Part shown: positions 38,341 through 46,968 of the stretch, in pieces
Numbering within the stretch: the first letter of the stretch is position 1
Layout: each line of letters begins with the position of its first letter
Assembly (NCBI GenBank): GCA_001464695.1
Contig: LNDQ01000104.1
Coordinates: 4,748 to 68,747 of the forward strand
Source: Betaproteobacteria bacterium Ga0077523
GTDB taxonomy: Bacteria; Pseudomonadota; Gammaproteobacteria; Burkholderiales; Ga0077523
DNA length: 64,000 nt
Reading direction: 5' to 3'
Notes under the pieces: generated by a model
Database searches by the model: none
What the model saw: the letters and a program-made list of their open reading frames with translations, nothing else
What the model was told of the DNA's origin: nothing
Made by a program: the position numbers and the translations under genes

Positions 38341-39253
38341 CGTATGGGCATCAACCTTCAGCCCGACACTTCGCACGAGCGGGCCGGCCGGCCCGGCATT
38401 GCGGGCGAGTCGTGGTCGCGCGGATGCTCGCTTTCCGGTCGTCCTCGGCAGCCTGCTGCTCGCTTTTTGTGCGCCGGCCCAGGCGGTGGACGCCCTGGAA
38501 CTGCGGGCGGCGATGCAGAAACTGGCACCCAGCGTGGTGCGCATCGAAGCCGCGCGCGGCGACCAGGGGCGCAACGGCATGGGCAGTGGCGTGGTGTTCG
38601 CGCCGGAGCGGGTGGCGACCAACTGCCACGTGGTCCGCAATGCGGCCGAAGTCGCGGTGCTGTCCGGCACGATGCGGTGGGAAGCAACCGCCCGGCAGGC
38701 GCACCCCCAGCACGACGTGTGCATCCTGACGGTGCCCGGCCTGTCGCTGCCATCGGTGGATTCGGCACCGTCCGGGTCGGTGCCTCCGGGTGGCCGCGTT
38801 CTCGCTCTGGGTTACAGCGGCGGCTTCGGACTGTCGCCGTCGACCGGGGCGGTCCGCGCGGCGCACGCCTTCGACGGCGGCCATGTGCTGCAGACGGATG
38901 CCGGTTTCAGCTCCGGCGCCAGCGGCGGTGGGCTCTTCGACGAGGCCGGGCACCTGGTGGGTCTGCTCACGTTCCGGCTGCCGGCGCGTGGTGCGTACTT
39001 CTTTACGGTGCCGGTGGAATGGGTGCACGCGGCTGCCGGCGCCGAGGTCACGGCGATCGGTCCGATCGTCGGCGTGGCGTCGTTCTGGGAAGGGCAGCCG
39101 AACCTGCTGCCGTACTTCCTGCGGGCTGCGACGCTGGAGGCCGCGGGCAATGCTTCGGGGCTTCTGGAACTGACCGCCCTCTGGCTCGAGGAAGAACCGC
39201 AGAACGCCGACGCACGCGCCTTTCGCGAACGCGCGCTGTCGCTGCAACGCTGA
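38321..39253 (+). CDS. trypsin-like (S1C) serine protease without PDZ domain (start uncertain)
   Basis: GSGV, TNCHV, HDVC and GASGGG catalytic-triad motifs. Confidence 0.8.
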   Translation: MEIRFPDVWASTFSPTLRTSGPAGPALRASRGRADARFPVVLGSLLLAFCAPAQAVDALELRAAMQKLAPSVVRIEAARGDQGRNGMGSGVVFAPERVATNCHVVRNAAEVAVLSGTMRWEATARQAHPQHDVCILTVPGLSLPSVDSAPSGSVPPGGRVLALGYSGGFGLSPSTGAVRAAHAFDGGHVLQTDAGFSSGASGGGLFDEAGHLVGLLTFRLPARGAYFFTVPVEWVHAAAGAEVTAIGPIVGVASFWEGQPNLLPYFLRAATLEAAGNASGLLELTALWLEEEPQNADARAFRERALSLQR

Positions 39254-39269
39254 TCCGGAGGGTCTCATA

Positions 39270-39608
39270 ATGAAGCGGCTGCTCTGCACCGCCTTGATGG
39301 CGGCTGCGCTGCCGATTGCGCACGCGAACGATTTCCCGACGGTGGACCGGGTGGAATTCGTCGAAGCATGCATGCGCGACCGCCAGGGAATGCGCCAGGA
39401 ATTCCTCTACAAGTGCGCGTGCGCCATCGATGCGCTCGCGGCCGAGGTGAAGTACGCTGAATACGTCGAGTTGCTGACGGCCGCCCGCGCGATCACCATT
39501 GCCGGCGAACGCGGTGCCGTGGTGCGCGAGGCCGCCGATGCGCAGGCCATGGCGAAACGTTTTCGTTCGCTCGAGGACAAAGCCAAGAAGCAGTGCTTTC
39601 TGGACTAG
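39270..39608 (+). CDS. small exported 4-Cys hypothetical protein
   Basis: signal ending AHA; NDFPT.DRV..V.AC, KCACAID and terminal CF. Confidence 0.75.
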   Translation: MKRLLCTALMAAALPIAHANDFPTVDRVEFVEACMRDRQGMRQEFLYKCACAIDALAAEVKYAEYVELLTAARAITIAGERGAVVREAADAQAMAKRFRSLEDKAKKQCFLD

Positions 39609-39753
39609 GATCTGACCGACCGCGGTGGGGCAGCGCCCAGCGCAGCTGGGGCGCACAGCCCTGCGGTGTATCTTGGGCGGTGGGTGAGCGTCGGCGTTCG
39701 GTCGACGCGGCAGCCGCCGCGAGTGGCGGCGTCGCTACGGAGGAGGCAATCCC

Positions 39754-40590
39754 ATGAAACACGCCGCCACGCTGGTGCTTCTTTCGATGGGCTTCTCGCT
39801 AGGTGCCGCGAATGTGCGGGCCGAGGATGCCGCCGGCACCGATATCTGGACACTGGTCCGCACCAGCCTGTTCGCGGATCGTCCCATCCAGGAACCGGCC
39901 GATGACGTTGTGCGCCTGCGGATACCTTCGCGCGCCGCGGATGCTGCCGTGGTTCCCCTTGCCGTGAGTGTCGGCGGCCCGCAATCGGACGATCGCTACG
40001 TGCGGGCGTTGTACGTCGTGATCGATCGCAACCCCTCTCCGGTCGCGGCCATATTCCGCTTCACGCCGCTGAGCGGGCGCGCCGACATCGAAACGCGGGT
40101 GCGAATCGAGGACTACACCCACGTGCGTGCCATCGCCGAAATGAACACCGGCGAGCTGTACGCCGCGACGAAATACGTGAAGGCTGCGGGCGGATGCTCG
40201 GCGCCGGCCGCGAAGTCGGACGGCACGACCGGGCTCGGCCGCATGCGGCTGGTGCTGGAGGATGCCGCCGCTTCAGGCGGGCCGGCTACGGCGCGCCTGT
40301 CGGTGATGCATCCGAACCATTCCGGTCTGGCCATGGATCAGTTCACGCGTCACTACACGCCTGCCTATTTCGTGCGCTCCATCGCAGTGAGCTTTCGCGG
40401 CGAACCGGTCATGACGGCCGACGTGGATTTCTCCATCAGCGAGAATCCGAGCGTGCGCTTTCATTTCGTCGCGAGCGAAGCGGGCGAGTTGAAGGCGCAG
40501 GTGGTGGATACGAAGGACCTCACGTTCGAGACGGTGCTCGATGTGAATCCGGCGGGGGTGAGCAAGGCTGCGGCGGAGGTCGGGCGGTAG
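39754..40590 (+). CDS. quinoprotein dehydrogenase-associated SoxYZ-like fusion carrier
   Basis: DRNPSP, VKAAGGCSAP swinging-arm motif, HPNHSG and SISENP. Confidence 0.88.
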   Translation: MKHAATLVLLSMGFSLGAANVRAEDAAGTDIWTLVRTSLFADRPIQEPADDVVRLRIPSRAADAAVVPLAVSVGGPQSDDRYVRALYVVIDRNPSPVAAIFRFTPLSGRADIETRVRIEDYTHVRAIAEMNTGELYAATKYVKAAGGCSAPAAKSDGTTGLGRMRLVLEDAAASGGPATARLSVMHPNHSGLAMDQFTRHYTPAYFVRSIAVSFRGEPVMTADVDFSISENPSVRFHFVASEAGELKAQVVDTKDLTFETVLDVNPAGVSKAAAEVGR

Positions 40591-40599
40591 GTTTCCGCA

Positions 40600-40691
40600 G
40601 GCCCCCATCCCAGCCTTCCCCCAGCAAAGCTGGGGGAAGGAGCAGTACACCCCTACCCCCGCGAACGCGGGGGTAGGTCGGGATGGGGGCC
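40600..40691. repeat. composite palindromic repeat, family C copy 1, between convergent genes
   Basis: outer ggcccccatccc/gggatgggggcc enclosing hairpins ccttcccccagc-aaa-gctgggggaagg and cctacccccgcg-aa-cgcgggggtagg. Confidence 0.85.
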
Positions 40692-40698
40692 AGCCGTC

Positions 40699-41625
40699 CT
40701 AAACCGCGATCGGTCGCGTGATATCGACCGTCCCCAGCGCCGCCGCCAGCAACCTCTCGAGCTGCTCCCCCGTGCCCGGAGGCAATCCCCCGCCCGGATG
40801 TCGCACGGTGGCCGTGGACAACAACCCACGCCGCCGCAATATCTCCTTGCGCACCGCCACACCGGGCTGCTGCTCGAACACGATGAGCGGCAGGAAGCGC
40901 GTGTAGAGGGCACGCACACGATCCCAGTCGCTGCCTCGAGCGGCACGCACCATCGCGCTCAACACTTCGGGAAATGCAAAGCCGGTGTTGAAGCCGTCGC
41001 TGCCGGCTTCGAGATCGAACAATCCATAGAGCGCCCCCAGCCCCGTGAGTATGCGTACCTTGCGCTCGGTCATGCCGGCCCGCAACGCCCGCAGCTTTGG
41101 TGGTGTCGGCACCGCCTCCTCCTTGATCGCGATCACGCGCTCGACCTCACGGATGATCTTCAGCATCAGCGGCACCGGCATGTGCACACCGGTGGAAGCG
41201 GGGTGGTCCTGCAGCACGATCGGCAGCCGTGCGCGCTCGCCGATGCGGCGGAAGTACTCGAACACGCGTTCATCGCTGGGCACCGGTTCCGCGGATGGTG
41301 TGATCATCACCGCGGATGCGCCGAGGTCCGCCGCCATGGCGACCAGATCGATGGTGGCCTGCGTGCCGGGATGGCTGGCGCCGACGATCACCGGTGAGCG
41401 TCCCTGCGCCGCGGCCACGGCGGTGCGGATCGCGTTCTCGCGATCGCGATCGGAAAGACGATTCGATTCGCCCAGCACGCCGAGCACGGTGACCCCGTCG
41501 GTACCGGCATCCACCATGAAGCGCACCAGGCGGTCGAGGGATTCGGGGTCGAGCGATTCATCCTCGCGAAACGGGGTGGCGAGGATCGGGATGACGCCTT
41601 GCGGTTCGAGGGACGTGGCCACCAT
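40699..41625 (-). CDS. DapA/NanA-family class I aldolase
   Basis: GVIPILATPF, LGVLGE and Schiff-base IKEE motifs. Confidence 0.85.
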   Translation of the reverse strand: MVATSLEPQGVIPILATPFREDESLDPESLDRLVRFMVDAGTDGVTVLGVLGESNRLSDRDRENAIRTAVAAAQGRSPVIVGASHPGTQATIDLVAMAADLGASAVMITPSAEPVPSDERVFEYFRRIGERARLPIVLQDHPASTGVHMPVPLMLKIIREVERVIAIKEEAVPTPPKLRALRAGMTERKVRILTGLGALYGLFDLEAGSDGFNTGFAFPEVLSAMVRAARGSDWDRVRALYTRFLPLIVFEQQPGVAVRKEILRRRGLLSTATVRHPGGGLPPGTGEQLERLLAAALGTVDITRPIAV

Positions 41626-41734
41626 GGGCGCTCCGGGTTTGGCGAGGCACGAATTCTCGCGATGCAGTCGCCCGCTGTAAACGCTCGTCTACAATGCCGG
41701 GTACAACAACAACCGGTTGCAGGGGAGGAACAGC

Positions 41735-42499
41735 ATGGACATGCCCATCAATGCTTTCAAGCGTGGGCTCAAGGAAGGCCGCAAACAGGCTGGCTGCTGG
41801 CTGAGCCTCGCGAGCCACACGGCGGCGGAGATCTGCGCGGGTGCCGGCTTCGACTGGGTACTCGTCGACATGGAGCATGCGCCGGCCGATCTCGAGAACG
41901 TGCACCACCAGCTGCAGGCGGTGGCGCCGTATCCGGTCTCCGCCATGGTGCGGCCGCCCTGGAACGATCCTGTGGTCATCAAGCGCCTGCTCGACGTCGG
42001 TGTGCAGACCCTCCTGCTGCCCTACGTGCAGAACGCCGACGAAGCCCGCAGAGCCGTGGCCGCGATCCGCTATGCGCCCCATGGTTTCCGCGGTGTCTCC
42101 ACCAGTTCCCGCGCCAACCGCTACGGCCGCGTGAAGGATTATTTCACCCGGGTACACGACGAGCTCTGCCTGATCGTGCAGATCGAGTCGCCCGCGGCGG
42201 TAGAGCAGATCGAAGCGATCGCCGCGATCGACGGCATCGACGGCTTGTTCATCGGTCCGCAGGATCTCGCTGCCGGATTCGGGCATCTCAACAATCCGGG
42301 ACATCCGCAGGTGCAGGCGGCCATTGCCGACGCCATCACCCGGATGAAGAAGGCCGGCAAGGGTGCGGGCATCCTCGCGTTCGCCGAGCCCGACGCGAAG
42401 CGCTGGTTCGATCACGGCGCGGACTTCGTCGCCGTGACGTCCGATCAGTTCCTGCTGGCGAAGGAGTCGAGTGCGGTGGCCGCGCGGTTCAGGTCGTAG
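41735..42499 (+). CDS. HpcH/HpaI-family class II pyruvate aldolase
   Basis: DMEH, IKRLLDVG, VQIES and FIGPQDL motifs. Confidence 0.9.
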   Translation: MDMPINAFKRGLKEGRKQAGCWLSLASHTAAEICAGAGFDWVLVDMEHAPADLENVHHQLQAVAPYPVSAMVRPPWNDPVVIKRLLDVGVQTLLLPYVQNADEARRAVAAIRYAPHGFRGVSTSSRANRYGRVKDYFTRVHDELCLIVQIESPAAVEQIEAIAAIDGIDGLFIGPQDLAAGFGHLNNPGHPQVQAAIADAITRMKKAGKGAGILAFAEPDAKRWFDHGADFVAVTSDQFLLAKESSAVAARFRS

Positions 42500-42502
42500 G
42501 GC

Positions 42503-43045
42503 TCAGAAACCGATCCCGATCCCGAAGCGGAACACCCACGGGCTGGAGTAGGGCGAGGGCGACTGGCTCTCATAGCTGAAGTTGTAGAGCGCGGCGGCGT
42601 AGACGCTCGCGTTGCTGCCGATCGGCTGCGAGATTCCGCCGCCACCGAAGAAACTGGTGGCGTTGGTGCGGTTGGTGCTGAGATCGGCGCGGACGTACTC
42701 GTAGCTCAGTTGCTCGACTTCGCCGTGGACGAAGAACGGACCCACCACGGTGTAGCGCGCGAACAAGTTGGCGCCGTAGTCGTTAGTGGTAAGGTCGCGG
42801 CCGAAGCGCTCGTCGCTGGTGTGGCGATAGATCAGGCCCGCGCCCACCGCGAGGCGTTCGTCGACCCGATAGCCCACGAAGGGCGAGATGTTGATGTAGG
42901 TGACGTCGCCGAACCCGACCCCGACGCCGCCGCCGAAGAAGATCCTGCCGGTGCTCGAACCGATGGATGCCTGGCTCCACGCGGGTGCGGACAGGGCGGC
43001 GAGGATGAGGAAGACGGCGGCAGCCGGCCGCGTGGATCGGGACAT
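42503..43045 (-). CDS. small outer-membrane beta-barrel protein
   Basis: signal peptide, alternating aromatic/Gly strands, C-terminal Phe (FGIGIGF). Confidence 0.75.
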   Translation of the reverse strand: MSRSTRPAAAVFLILAALSAPAWSQASIGSSTGRIFFGGGVGVGFGDVTYINISPFVGYRVDERLAVGAGLIYRHTSDERFGRDLTTNDYGANLFARYTVVGPFFVHGEVEQLSYEYVRADLSTNRTNATSFFGGGGISQPIGSNASVYAAALYNFSYESQSPSPYSSPWVFRFGIGIGF

Positions 43046-43332
43046 GTCGGGCTCCGGAAGGTGTTGATATCGGCGCGCTGATTATGGCCGCGTTGACCGC
43101 TCCGGGCGACCGTCCCGTTCGTGCGACGCAGAGGCGTGCAGGACATCGGAACGCACAGTGATGGTGCGGCGCGGAAAACACGCACCGGTGGCGGGCACCG
43201 GTTGACAATGTGTCGCCGTGGAACGAAATTGCGGGCGTCGGCGGTGCAATGCGCGTCGATTCGTTGCGGAACGCATCGGGATCAGGCGAATCCCCGGGCG
43301 GTCCGACCTTCGCACAATACGGGAGACCAGCC

Positions 43333-44508
43333 ATGAAGCGGACCCTGACGTCTGTCGCTTTCGCCGCCGCCTGCCTCGCAGCAGCGCCGGTCGTCCTGGC
43401 GGACGAGCTGAAGGACCTGCCGGCGAGCGCGAAGCCGCTCGGGGGCGAGCAGCACAACCTCGCGACCCTGTCGAAGCCCTATCCGAAGCGCGTGTACGTG
43501 CTGGAACCGATCTTCCCGGTCTTCGTCGCCGGCAAGATCTGGGTCATCAACGGCGAGAAGCAGGACATCGAGGCCGTGATGAGCGCGGGTTATGCACCGA
43601 ACTTCGCCATCGCCCCCGATCATTCCCAGCTCTACGTCTTCGACACGTACTGGTCGAAGGGCTTCCGCGGTACCCGCTCGGACATGGCGACATTCTATGA
43701 CCCGCTCAACCTCACGATCGGCGCGGATGTCGATCTGCCCAAGGGGCGGTTCCTGGTGGTGCCGAAGAAGCAGAATGCCGAGGTGACGCCCGACGGGCGC
43801 TACCTGCTCTCCTACAACCTTGCTCCGGCAACGACGGTGAGCGTGGTCGACACCAAGGAGCGCAAGTACAAGGGCGACGTCGAGATTCCCGGCTGCGGGC
43901 TCATCTTCCCGTCCGCCGGCAACCGCTTCTCGTCGGTCTGCTCGGACGGTACGCTCGCCACGGCCACCTTCGACGCGAACATCAAGGCGACGATCACGCG
44001 CAGCAGCAAGTTCTTCGATCCCGACGGCGATCCGGTGCTGGAGCACGTCGGCATCGACAAGAAGAAGGGCATGGTCTATTTCGTCAGCTACGAGGGCAAC
44101 ATCTTCCCGGTCGATATATCCAAGGAGAAGCCGGCATTCCAGCCCAAGTGGTCGCTGCTGACCGACGAGGACAAGGCCGAGAGCTGGTATCCCGGCGGCT
44201 GGCAGCTGATCGCGCTGCACCGGGCGACGCAGAAGCTGTACGTGCTGATGCACAAGGGGCCGAAATGGACCCACAAGCAGGCCGGCGAGGAAGTGTGGGT
44301 GTTCGATGCCAAGACCAAGAAGCGCATCGACCGCATCAAGTTGAAGGAACACGCCATCTCCATCACCGTGTCGCAGGATGCGGAGCCGTACCTGTTCACC
44401 CAGACCGAGAAGCCGAGCCTGATCACGTACAACCTGAAGGACGGTTCCGAGGTCGGAGAGGTGGAGTTCGGCATTTCCCCCTACCTGCTCTACGTGGACG
44501 GCGACTGA
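43333..44508 (+). CDS. mauB: TTQ amine dehydrogenase large (beta-propeller) subunit
   Basis: signal peptide; G.RSD, NLAPATTVSVVD, IPGC, PGGWQ, HK..GEEVWV motifs. Confidence 0.9.
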   Translation: MKRTLTSVAFAAACLAAAPVVLADELKDLPASAKPLGGEQHNLATLSKPYPKRVYVLEPIFPVFVAGKIWVINGEKQDIEAVMSAGYAPNFAIAPDHSQLYVFDTYWSKGFRGTRSDMATFYDPLNLTIGADVDLPKGRFLVVPKKQNAEVTPDGRYLLSYNLAPATTVSVVDTKERKYKGDVEIPGCGLIFPSAGNRFSSVCSDGTLATATFDANIKATITRSSKFFDPDGDPVLEHVGIDKKKGMVYFVSYEGNIFPVDISKEKPAFQPKWSLLTDEDKAESWYPGGWQLIALHRATQKLYVLMHKGPKWTHKQAGEEVWVFDAKTKKRIDRIKLKEHAISITVSQDAEPYLFTQTEKPSLITYNLKDGSEVGEVEFGISPYLLYVDGD

Positions 44509-44590
44509 GGTGAACGTTCCCCCCGATAGGCCTTTCGGCCTCTCCCCCCAGGGGGCCAGCCCTCTTGGGGCGGCCCGGCGAGGGCTGAGC
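44506..44590. repeat. intergenic REP-like element, family B copy 2
   Basis: tgaggtgaacgttccccccgataggcctttcggcctctccccccagggggccagccct...agggctgagc. Confidence 0.8.
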
Positions 44591-44607
44591 CTCGAAGAGA
44601 TGCGCCC

Positions 44608-45168
44608 GTGACACTCGATCCGATCCTCGGCCTCACCGCCGCACTGACGCTCGCGCTCGTCTTCGGGCTGGGTGCGGTGAGCAAGTTCGCCGCGTGGGCC
44701 GAGCTGGAAGGGGTCGTCGCGAATTTCCGGGTGCTGCCGCGGGCGCTGGTGCCCTTGGTCGCCCGCTTGCTGCCGCCGGTGGAAGTGCTGCTCGCCATCG
44801 GCGTGTTGATCCCGGCGACCCGTGCTGCCGCGGCGCTGGGCATGGCCGTGCTGCTGGTGGTCTTCGCGGCGGCCATCGCACTCAACGTCGCGCGCGGACG
44901 CACCGGCATCGATTGCGGGTGCTTCCGCTCGTCGCTCAAGCAGAACCTGTCGTGGTGGCTGGTGCTGCGCAACGGCTTGCTGCTGGGGCTCGCCCTCGCC
45001 TGTGTTGCCACCCCCGGACCCCGCGAACTCGGCTGGGCCGACAACTTCATCGTCGTGATGGCGGCGCTCACGCTGTTCATCGCCTATCTGTCGGTGGGCT
45101 ACGTCACGCTGAGGGTGCTGCCCACCTTCGAAGACAACTATCAGCGCTCGCTCTCCGGGCGAGGTTAG
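44608..45168 (+). CDS. mauE: methylamine utilisation membrane protein MauE
   Basis: several TM helices, RGR..IDCGC and LRN motifs. Confidence 0.9.
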   Translation: MTLDPILGLTAALTLALVFGLGAVSKFAAWAELEGVVANFRVLPRALVPLVARLLPPVEVLLAIGVLIPATRAAAALGMAVLLVVFAAAIALNVARGRTGIDCGCFRSSLKQNLSWWLVLRNGLLLGLALACVATPGPRELGWADNFIVVMAALTLFIAYLSVGYVTLRVLPTFEDNYQRSLSGRG

Positions 45169-45177
45169 GAATACGCC

Positions 45178-45810
45178 ATGTCCTACGAAGTGCTGCTCTA
45201 CTCGAACATCCTGCTGTGGGTCGTGGTGCTCGCCCTTGGTGCCGTGATATTCGGCATGGTGCGCCAAGTGGGCATCCTGCACGAGCGCGTGGCGCCCATG
45301 GGCGCGATGATGAACGACCACGGTCCGGAAGTCGGCGAGATGGCGCCCGACATGAAGGTGGCCGGCATCGACGGCAACCTGATCCGCATCGGCGGGGCCG
45401 CTGCGGACCGGAAGGGGCGCCTCCTGCTGTTCGTGTCGCCGACGTGCCCGATCTGCAAGAAGCTACTGCCGATCGCGAAGTCGTTCGCCTCCGGCGAGAA
45501 GCTTGCCGTCGTGCTGGTGGGCGATGGCGACCTGGCCGAGCAGCGGCAGATGATCGCTCAGCACAAGCTCGAGGGCATCGACTACGTGAATTCGCCACAG
45601 GTCGGCATGACGTTCCAGGTGGGCAAGCTGCCCTATGCGATCCTGATCGACGAAGACGGTGTCATCCGCGCCAAGGGGCTCGTCAACAGTCGCGAGCACC
45701 TCGAAAGCCTCGCCATCGCGCGCGAGACCGGCTACGGCACCATCCAGGCCTATCTCAAGGCGCAGGGTTACGTGAAGGACGATGCGGCGGCGCATCGGGA
45801 AGCGGCGTGA
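45178..45810 (+). CDS. mauD: thioredoxin-like amine dehydrogenase accessory protein MauD
   Basis: RQVGILHERVAP, SPTCPICK and KGLVNSREHLESL motifs. Confidence 0.93.
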   Translation: MSYEVLLYSNILLWVVVLALGAVIFGMVRQVGILHERVAPMGAMMNDHGPEVGEMAPDMKVAGIDGNLIRIGGAAADRKGRLLLFVSPTCPICKKLLPIAKSFASGEKLAVVLVGDGDLAEQRQMIAQHKLEGIDYVNSPQVGMTFQVGKLPYAILIDEDGVIRAKGLVNSREHLESLAIARETGYGTIQAYLKAQGYVKDDAAAHREAA

Positions 45811-45870
45811 ACGGGTTGGGGTTCGGATTGACTATCATCGAAACGGCGTTGGACTAGAGGAGAAGCGGTC

Positions 45871-46413
45871 ATGGCCAAGGGACTCCAGTTCATGGACAGG
45901 TTCTTCGAACGAATGAGCCGGCGCACGGCGCAGCAGGTGTCGCGGCGGCACTTCGTGTCGGGATTGGGTGCCGCGATGGTCGGCGCGACGTTCCTGCCCG
46001 TGCTCCCGGTGAGCCGCAAGGCGCAGGCGGCCGAGGATCCGGCGGCTGCCTGGGCCAAACAGGTCGAGGCGCAGACGAAGGATCCACGCGCCTGCAACTA
46101 TTGGCGCTACTGCTCGAGCGACGGTTACCTGTGCTCGTGCTGCGGCGGCGGTCCGGCCACGTGCCCGCCGGGTTCCGTGCCTTCGCCCACGTCGTGGGTC
46201 GGCAGTTGCCTGAACCCCGACGACGGTAAGACCTATCTCATCGCCTACCGCGATTGCTGCGGCAAGGATTCGTGCCCCAAGTGTGCCTGCCTCGGTTCCG
46301 CCGGCGAGAAACCCGCGTACATTCCGCAGCTCAACAACGACATCATCTGGTGCTTCGGCGCGAGCTCGATGATCTATCACTGCTCGAGTGCGGCCATCGT
46401 CGGCCAGATCTGA
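45871..46413 (+). CDS. mauA: TTQ amine dehydrogenase small subunit
   Basis: Tat signal SRRHF; Cys-rich; both TTQ Trp positions present (TSWVGSC and NDIIWCFG). Confidence 0.93.
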   Translation: MAKGLQFMDRFFERMSRRTAQQVSRRHFVSGLGAAMVGATFLPVLPVSRKAQAAEDPAAAWAKQVEAQTKDPRACNYWRYCSSDGYLCSCCGGGPATCPPGSVPSPTSWVGSCLNPDDGKTYLIAYRDCCGKDSCPKCACLGSAGEKPAYIPQLNNDIIWCFGASSMIYHCSSAAIVGQI

Positions 46414-46431
46414 GCGCAAAGCGGAGTCGTC

Positions 46432-46968
46432 GTGAAGGGGAGGATGGCCAGCTTCGCGCTGGCCATTGCGTTCGTGCCGACGAGCGCGTTGGCGCAGACA
46501 CCGACCGTCTCGCCCGAGTCGGTGCCCGACGTGCTCGTGCGCGAGCGCGGCACATGGTTGCCCAAGGTGGCGCCGGTGGAAGAGGACTATTCCCGCAACT
46601 GCCAGGGTTGCCACGGGCACGAAGGGCATTCGGTACAGGAGGTGCCGCGCCTGCAGGGGCGGGCCGGCTGGTTCACCCATACCAGCGCAGGTCGGGCGTA
46701 CCTGGTGCAGGTGCCCAACGTACTGCAATCGTCGCTGCCCGACGAGCGGCTCGCCGCGATGCTGAACTGGCTGCTGACCCAGTTCAGCGGCGAGCAGCTG
46801 AAGCCCGGCTTCGAGCCTTACACCGCGGCTGAGGTCCATGCGTTGCGCGCGCAGCGCATCGAAAGCGTCATTGCACGGCGGCGCGAAGTGGTCGATGGTC
46901 TGGTCCGCGCCGGGGTCATCCCCGACGCCGCCGCGCTCGCGTTCAGTCTCGAACCGGGTCGATATTGA
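46432..46968 (+). CDS. monoheme cytochrome c associated with amine dehydrogenase
   Basis: signal peptide, CQGCH, GRAYLVQVP. Confidence 0.85.
   Translation: MKGRMASFALAIAFVPTSALAQTPTVSPESVPDVLVRERGTWLPKVAPVEEDYSRNCQGCHGHEGHSVQEVPRLQGRAGWFTHTSAGRAYLVQVPNVLQSSLPDERLAAMLNWLLTQFSGEQLKPGFEPYTAAEVHALRAQRIESVIARRREVVDGLVRAGVIPDAAALAFSLEPGRY

Noticed and set aside
40600-40691. tRNA-like cloverleaf
   Set aside because: No T-loop or D-loop consensus and no CCA; stems are too long and perfect, fitting a palindromic repeat.
43282-45321. 679-aa minus-strand ORF opposite mauBED
   Set aside because: Antisense shadow; the plus strand has clear homologues.
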